Positions 58,473 to 64,000 of a stretch of 64,000 nt of DNA are shown here, piece after piece (the stretch's first letter is position 1; each line of letters begins with the position of its first letter). The DNA lies in assembly GCA_946186495.1 (NCBI GenBank), contig CAMHNQ010000001.1, positions 46,289 through 110,288 on the forward strand, given 5' to 3'. This stretch comes from an uncultured Bacteroidales bacterium (GTDB lineage: Bacteria > Bacteroidota > Bacteroidia > Bacteroidales > WCHB1-69). Below the pieces are notes generated by a model. That model was given only the letters and a program-made list of their open reading frames with translations, did not search any database and was not told where the DNA came from. A program made the translations under genes and the position numbers.

Positions 58473-60422
58473 TTACCGTCCCAGTTCGCGAAACCCCTTC
58501 GCCATAATCGCCAGGTCGGTGTGGACACTGTAGTCGCGAAGATAGAGTTCCTCAAGGCATGAGAGCATCTCGTCGGAGAAGCGGCTCCCCGGATAGGCAT
58601 CGGCGGGATGCAGCACACCTGGCAGTAACGTTGACGCATCCGAGGCGGCAGAGCGCACCCCCACCCAACTCTTCCGGCCGAGCAGCACGGCAAACAGGTT
58701 TTTCACGAAGTCTCCCCTACTCTTCACAAACCAGATGTCAATGCCGAGGAACAGCAGCAGCAGCGTTGCGCACACGACATCGAACACCCGCTTCTGGCGG
58801 CGGTAGCGCTTCTGGAACACTGACTGAACCGGAATCGCGTAGAGGTCGTCGGCTGTGAAGATGGAGTTGCTGCCTATGAGCGAAAGGCTGTCCTCAGGAA
58901 CGATTTTGAACTCCAGTTGCATTTCCTGCAGGCGGTTCATCCAGTCTATGATATGGTCGGCCGGGATATCCTTGGCACAGAAAATCACCTCGCTAACCCG
59001 GTAGATGGTCAGCAACTCAGGCAGGTCACGGATGGTCCCGATAAATTTCTGGCCCTCGTTTTCAACCTGTTGAGTTGATATCAGGCCTACGAACTCCCTC
59101 GTTGTGCTCACAGAGAGGACCATCCCGAGCACGCGCTCACATTCCTGCGGACCGCCCACGATGGCGATGCGCCGGCCAAGACGGTGGCTTTCGACCTCCA
59201 GGAGATTGGTCTTGGCGAGCAGATGGCGCAGTGCGTTGACGATGAAGAGCGCCCAGACAGCCCCGAGGACGACCACCGCGCGGGAGAAGCGCATGGTCTC
59301 GGGCAACAGGGCATAAACCAGCAAGATGACAACCAGGCCGATGACTATGCCCCGGTTCAGGCGCGAGCGGTTCACCGGCTTCGCATAGCCACCGCTCAGC
59401 CATATCGAGAGCTGGCACAGCAGGGTGTAGCCGGGAAGGACGGCGTAGAAGTAGTAGTCCGGGAAAAAGGAGTTCCGTTGGAAGAGTACGGTATGTTCCC
59501 AATACTTGGATAGCGCCACGTAGCCGGCGTATATCAGGAGAAAGTCCGCCAAGGGGAGCAGTATCCGCCCAATGATGCGCTTTGCGGCAGCAAGGGACGC
59601 TCGCAGCCAGATGGCGGCGTCAATGGCGACGTTGAAGACGCGGGCATTGCCTGCCGAGAAGTGCTTCCGCGCGAAAATCTGCATCGCCTTGTAGAAGATA
59701 TAGACATAGTTGAGGCTTCCCTTCTTGGTACTCTCACCCTTGTAGTGGATGATGCGCGTCTGCGGGAAATAATAGTTCTTGTATCCCCCCTTCAGAATCC
59801 GGTACGACAGGTCTATATCCTCGCCATACATGAAATAGTCCTCGTCCAGGAGCCCCACCTTGTCGAGTACGGACCGACGCATCATCATGAACGCGCCCGC
59901 CAGCACCTCCACCTCGTGGGTCTCGTCCTCTCCGATGTAGGTGGCGTGGTAGGCCCCGAACTTCTTGGACTTGGGGAAGAGTTTCGACAACCCGAAGAGC
60001 TTGTAGAAAGAGGCTCTCGGATAAGGGATGCCGCGTTTTGACTCGGGCAGGAAACGCCCCTGGCCGTCCACCATTTTCACGCCAAGGCCGCCGCAATCGG
60101 GGGTCTTGTCCATGAAATCGACGCACTTCCGGAAAGTGTCCTCCTCCACCAGCGTGTCGGGGTTGAGTAGCAGCACATACTCGCCGGTGGAAATTCGGAT
60201 AGCCTGGTTGTTGGCTTTCGCGAACCCCACGTTGTCCTGGTTCTCGATCAGTTTCACTTGAGGGAACTTGGCCCTCACCATCGCCACGGAGTTGTCCACC
60301 GAATGGTTGTCCACCACAAAGACCTCCCCCTCAAGGCCTTGCATCGCCTTCATGGCAGAGTTCAGCGCCTGTTCCAGGAACGCTGAGACGTTGTAGTTCA
60401 CTATGACAACGCTTAGTTTCAA
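58473..60422 (-). CDS. GT2 glycosyltransferase fused to TM region, Rossmann-like domain and degenerate sugar-phosphotransferase domain
   Basis: SVVIVNYN, N.GFAKANN, LLNPD, FMYGEDID, H.KGES; C-terminal KRVFD..SWVG..LPG. Confidence 0.88.
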   Translation of the reverse strand: MKLSVVIVNYNVSAFLEQALNSAMKAMQGLEGEVFVVDNHSVDNSVAMVRAKFPQVKLIENQDNVGFAKANNQAIRISTGEYVLLLNPDTLVEEDTFRKCVDFMDKTPDCGGLGVKMVDGQGRFLPESKRGIPYPRASFYKLFGLSKLFPKSKKFGAYHATYIGEDETHEVEVLAGAFMMMRRSVLDKVGLLDEDYFMYGEDIDLSYRILKGGYKNYYFPQTRIIHYKGESTKKGSLNYVYIFYKAMQIFARKHFSAGNARVFNVAIDAAIWLRASLAAAKRIIGRILLPLADFLLIYAGYVALSKYWEHTVLFQRNSFFPDYYFYAVLPGYTLLCQLSIWLSGGYAKPVNRSRLNRGIVIGLVVILLVYALLPETMRFSRAVVVLGAVWALFIVNALRHLLAKTNLLEVESHRLGRRIAIVGGPQECERVLGMVLSVSTTREFVGLISTQQVENEGQKFIGTIRDLPELLTIYRVSEVIFCAKDIPADHIIDWMNRLQEMQLEFKIVPEDSLSLIGSNSIFTADDLYAIPVQSVFQKRYRRQKRVFDVVCATLLLLFLGIDIWFVKSRGDFVKNLFAVLLGRKSWVGVRSAASDASTLLPGVLHPADAYPGSRFSDEMLSCLEELYLRDYSVHTDLAIMAKGFRELGR

Positions 60423-60449
60423 CAGTCGGTCGGTTATTGGATTAGTCGG

Positions 60450-60492
60450 TTACATTATACACTGCACTTTATACACTGTACACTGTACATTA
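60450..60492. repeat. 7-bp-period intergenic tandem repeat (TACACTG-like)
   Basis: tacatta tacactg cacttta tacactg tacactg tacatta. Confidence 0.7.
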
Positions 60493-61143
60493 AAAATAGG
60501 CCAAGACGGTTTTCTTCGAGACGACCTTGTCGCCTTTGCTGACGGCAGGGGTTGCCGACAGGGGGAAGAATATGTCCACCCGAGAGCCGAACTTGATCAT
60601 GCCCACCTCTTCGCCTTGCTCCACAACGTCACCCACTTCTGGGTAGCTGATGATGCGGCGGGCCACAAAGCCTGCGATTTGGCGGAACAGGACCTCTGTC
60701 CGGCTGTTCCGGACCACGATGGTGTTATGCTCGTTGTCGACGGACGACTTGGGGAGCTTCGCAAGCAGGTACTTGCCCGGATGGTAGGCCGTGTAGGATA
60801 TTTCACCCGATATGGGGTAGCTGTTCACATGGACATTGTTGACAGACATGAAGACGGATATCTTCAGCCGCTCGTCTTTGAAATATTCGTGTTCGAATGC
60901 CGGGCCCACATAGACGATGGTGCCGTCGGCCGGCGAGAGGGCCCCGTCATCCACCACATTGACGACACGGGTCGGGACGCGGAAGAAACGGACAATCAGC
61001 ACGCCGAGTGTCAGCATCAGGCCGAAGAAAATGACATTCACCCACCAGAGCTTTGCCAGGAAAAGCACATAGCATACCGACGCCAGCGCAATCGTGGTGA
61101 TGCTGGTGAAGATGATTAACTTTCCCGCCTGATGGAACTTCAT
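60490..61143 (-). CDS. psd: Phosphatidylserine decarboxylase proenzyme
   Basis: FFRVP.R, SPADG, FMSV.NVHVN, NEH, QIAG..ARRI, KFGSRVD. Confidence 0.93.
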   Translation of the reverse strand: MKFHQAGKLIIFTSITTIALASVCYVLFLAKLWWVNVIFFGLMLTLGVLIVRFFRVPTRVVNVVDDGALSPADGTIVYVGPAFEHEYFKDERLKISVFMSVNNVHVNSYPISGEISYTAYHPGKYLLAKLPKSSVDNEHNTIVVRNSRTEVLFRQIAGFVARRIISYPEVGDVVEQGEEVGMIKFGSRVDIFFPLSATPAVSKGDKVVSKKTVLAYF

Positions 61144-61158
61144 GCCAACCACAACTGC

Positions 61159-62088
61159 TTACTTTTTATATAAAATATAGGTATGGATCGGGATGTTGCC
61201 GTTTTCGGAGGAACGGGTCACGAACTCGCGCGGATAGCCTTTGTCGTTCAAATAGTTCACCCCGTCGTAGCTGTAGGTGTAGTCCACCACCTTCGAAAGC
61301 GAACCGGCCACGTATGTCTCCACATGCTCGGTCTGCGGGAGGTTGTAATAATAGCCTTTGGCTTCGGCATAGGCGAACGGAAGGCCGTAGAACGGGTTGT
61401 ATTGCTTCGGGGCGTATGTGAAGGTGTGTGTGACAACCGTTTGCGATATCGGAAACTCCTCCACATAGGTGGAGATGTTCTCGTAGTTTTTGTGCTTGCC
61501 CGGGTCGTAGGTGAAACGCTTCACGGAATAGAGCATCAAGTCTTTGGAATCGCTCTTTGCCACGACTTCGGCAATCTGCTCATAGTTGCCGAACACATGG
61601 TCGTACAACGGATGCCGCTTCCCGCTTTTCCAGAAATATTGGTCATAGAACTCGCGGTCGTACATCTCCTCTATGTAGTCGATGCGGCCCTTCGCAGGGT
61701 CTTTCTTGTCCGTATGGCGATGGAAAGTGTATTCCAGGCGAACTGCCCCGTCAATCGTGTAGGTCATCTTGTCTAACAGCTGGTCGGTCCACTGGAAAGC
61801 GATGGACTCGGTGTAGTCCTCGCCAACATGCACGATCTGGCTGACCGTGTTGTCCTTGTTGTAGGAGAACTGGAAGGAGTAGGCGCTGTCAATCACAATT
61901 TCCTGCAGTTGTTTGCCCTTGCTGTCGTAGATGAAGTGCTCGTTGGGGTGGTCCCAGTCGCTGTTGCTGCGGTACCAGATCTTGCTGATTTTGCACTTGG
62001 GGTTATAGATTTCCTCATCCGGTTTGCAAGACGAGAAGGCGACGGTCGCCAGGATTATAACAGTTAGCGGGAATAAATATTTTTTCAT
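61159..62088 (-). CDS. Hypothetical lipoprotein
   Basis: Lipobox FSSC; beta-rich, aromatic body; 'NPFYGL' segment. Confidence 0.7.
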   Translation of the reverse strand: MKKYLFPLTVIILATVAFSSCKPDEEIYNPKCKISKIWYRSNSDWDHPNEHFIYDSKGKQLQEIVIDSAYSFQFSYNKDNTVSQIVHVGEDYTESIAFQWTDQLLDKMTYTIDGAVRLEYTFHRHTDKKDPAKGRIDYIEEMYDREFYDQYFWKSGKRHPLYDHVFGNYEQIAEVVAKSDSKDLMLYSVKRFTYDPGKHKNYENISTYVEEFPISQTVVTHTFTYAPKQYNPFYGLPFAYAEAKGYYYNLPQTEHVETYVAGSLSKVVDYTYSYDGVNYLNDKGYPREFVTRSSENGNIPIHTYILYKK

Positions 62089-62124
62089 ACGATACATTAT
62101 TTCTAAAATACGGCTGCAAAGATA

Positions 62125-62925
62125 CTATTTTTTCAATACCGTCGGAGCGGTAATTTCATTCTCCTGCATTTGGATGATCAGGTCGGACATCAGGCGGTAG
62201 ATTTCGCGCAGGCTGTCGTTTTCCAAAGAATCCAAATGAGCCTGCATGACAGAGGTGTCGCGTCGTGCGGCTGGACCGGTCTGGGCCTCAGACGGGGTGA
62301 GGCTCTCCAATTTGTCCACGGTCTGATGCAGGATGGGCAAAAGCATTTCAAAGGGCAACCCTTTCTCCTCAAGAAGTTTATGGGCTATGGTGAACATCGC
62401 ATTGCTGAAATTGCAGGCGAACACGGCCGCCAAGTGCAGTCTGGCGCGTTGCGCTTCGGAAACCTCATGGCAATGCGGCGACAGTTCCCGGGCCAGTTCC
62501 CACACCAGCGGCTTCCACTCCCCCAGAAAGTCCGACTCTATGCACATGGGAGCATCCAGCTTCCCCATATCTTGTGATTTCGTGAAAGTCTGAAGGGGAT
62601 AGACGACCCCGTAGGCCGCCGCATGGTTTTGCAGGCAACGGCACGACACGGTGCCGGAGGTCATCAAGGCCAGCGGGAGCACAAACGGCAGCTGCGGGAG
62701 CACGACGGGGTACGCGTCGTCGGAAACAGCGAAAAGGAAGATCCGGTTGTCCGGGTTCAGCGCGGCGAGGTCATCGACAGCCTCTGCGGAAAGCGCGTCC
62801 GCCAACTTGCGGGCATGGCTGATGTTCCGGCTATAGACTTGGGTGATGGAAAAGCGGCTGCTGTCCTGCAGGCGTTGGACAATCCAATGGGCCACATTGC
62901 CGGCCCCAACAAGCGTAATCATCAA
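62125..62925 (-). CDS. Rossmann-like/DUF2520 oxidoreductase
   Basis: VGAGNVA, AVSDDA, YPLQTF, HLAAVFACNF, QTGPA.R.D. Confidence 0.9.
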   Translation of the reverse strand: MMITLVGAGNVAHWIVQRLQDSSRFSITQVYSRNISHARKLADALSAEAVDDLAALNPDNRIFLFAVSDDAYPVVLPQLPFVLPLALMTSGTVSCRCLQNHAAAYGVVYPLQTFTKSQDMGKLDAPMCIESDFLGEWKPLVWELARELSPHCHEVSEAQRARLHLAAVFACNFSNAMFTIAHKLLEEKGLPFEMLLPILHQTVDKLESLTPSEAQTGPAARRDTSVMQAHLDSLENDSLREIYRLMSDLIIQMQENEITAPTVLKK

Positions 62926-64000
62926 TAGGAGAATTTGCTGCCGCCGACGAACTCGCGAAGGATGGAGGTGCCGGGCAGGGCACTTTCAGGGATCGTGCGG
63001 AAGAACGAGAGCAGCTTTATGAGACGGGTGGCCTCAGCATATTCGGGAGCGGTCTCCGGCACTGCGTACAGGATCGGCATGGCATATGGCTTCAGCACTG
63101 ACAGCTCGAAAATCAGCGAGGTGTTAATCATCACATCGGCGTTCTCCTGGTACGGGAAGATGTTCAGCTCCTCCCCGCGACGCACACTCGGCCAACGACG
63201 GATCGTGTCAACGGCTGAATAGCCGCGATACTTATAGTCACGCACAATCCTGCGAATCAGCCGGTTGTCTGAGGTCGGGATGGGATTCTGGCGGTCCAGG
63301 GAAAGGGAGGTGAGCGCGGAGACATAGACCATGAACTTCACGTCGTCAGGCACCTGCTCGGTAAGCTCGGGGTTGAGGCAGTGGATGCCTTCCACCACCA
63401 GTATGGAGTTTTCCCGAAGCTTCAGCGTCTTGCCGTTCCACACTTTCGCGCCCTTGGCGAAGTCGAAAGTCGGAATCTCGACCGTTTCACCGGCAAGGAG
63501 CCGGTTGAGGGTGCTGTTGAAGAGCGGAAGATCAATGGCGTGCAAGGCCTCGAAGTCGAACTCGCCATGCTCGTCGCGGGGGGTGTCGTCACGCTCCACG
63601 AAAAAGTCGTCGACGGAAATCTGCACCGGATGGTAACCCAGGACAGCCAACTGCACGGACAACCGCCGGCAGGAGGTGGTCTTGCCGGAGCTCGACGGCC
63701 CGCTGATCAGCACCATCTTCACGCCGCCACGCTGATGGACCATGTCGGCCACCCTCGCCATCTGTTTCTCCTGGTAGGCCTCGGCCACGAGCACGCCGGC
63801 CTCGATTGCAGGGTTGTCGGCATATTGGTTCAGCTTGAAGACATACGGCACCCCCATGGACTCCGCCCACTCCTTGTCCAACTTATACACAGAGAAGAGT
63901 TTCGGGAAGAACCGGGTCCGGGGCATCGTGTTGAGATTCTTTTTGGACGGCAGCTTCAGCAGGAGGCCATTCTCGTACTTCTCCAGACCGAAAGTGGTCA
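62922..64000 (-). CDS. Nucleoside (uridine) kinase family protein, 5' end beyond the window
   Basis: SGPSSSGKTT, VDDFF, VEGIH.LN, RLIRRIVRD, R.GE..NIFPYQE; frame stays open to the window edge. Confidence 0.9.
   Translation of the reverse strand, partial: TTFGLEKYENGLLLKLPSKKNLNTMPRTRFFPKLFSVYKLDKEWAESMGVPYVFKLNQYADNPAIEAGVLVAEAYQEKQMARVADMVHQRGGVKMVLISGPSSSGKTTSCRRLSVQLAVLGYHPVQISVDDFFVERDDTPRDEHGEFDFEALHAIDLPLFNSTLNRLLAGETVEIPTFDFAKGAKVWNGKTLKLRENSILVVEGIHCLNPELTEQVPDDVKFMVYVSALTSLSLDRQNPIPTSDNRLIRRIVRDYKYRGYSAVDTIRRWPSVRRGEELNIFPYQENADVMINTSLIFELSVLKPYAMPILYAVPETAPEYAEATRLIKLLSFFRTIPESALPGTSILREFVGGSKFSY

Overview
A 64 kb chromosomal window from a GC-rich Bacteroidales bacterium, judged from the TAnnTTTG -7 promoters, T9SS C-terminal domains, DUF3822/DUF4293/DUF2520 genes and a glycogen synthase-phosphorylase fusion. 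Most of it is housekeeping: dut, PPIases, mscL, ftsE, gyrB, rplY, bcd-etfBA, pth, rsmD, folK, rsgA, uvrA, psd, tRNA-Val(TAC) and tRNA-Leu(TAG). Two regions stand out. (1) An ~11.4 kb co-directional signalling operon (22.7-34.1 kb). It combines two amino-acid ABC transporters whose ATPases carry an extra, apparently catalytically dead anti-sigma/GHKL-like C-terminal domain, a small alarmone hydrolase and synthetase pair, a DAG-kinase-like protein, and an RsbV/RsbW/RsbU-type partner-switching module with no sigma factor. An APH-fold kinase lies nearby. (2) A canonical dif site (49489-49516), preceded ~2 kb upstream by an AT-rich spacer with a roughly helically phased array of WTACA-NN-TGTAW palindromes in front of an XRE-HTH gene; this is a candidate terminus-organising protein/site pair. 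Also seen: a secreted MORN-repeat/LytTR-like fusion, a 49-aa ORF missed by the ORF track, and several families of intergenic repeats. All calls were made by eye from the sequence; no database searches were run.
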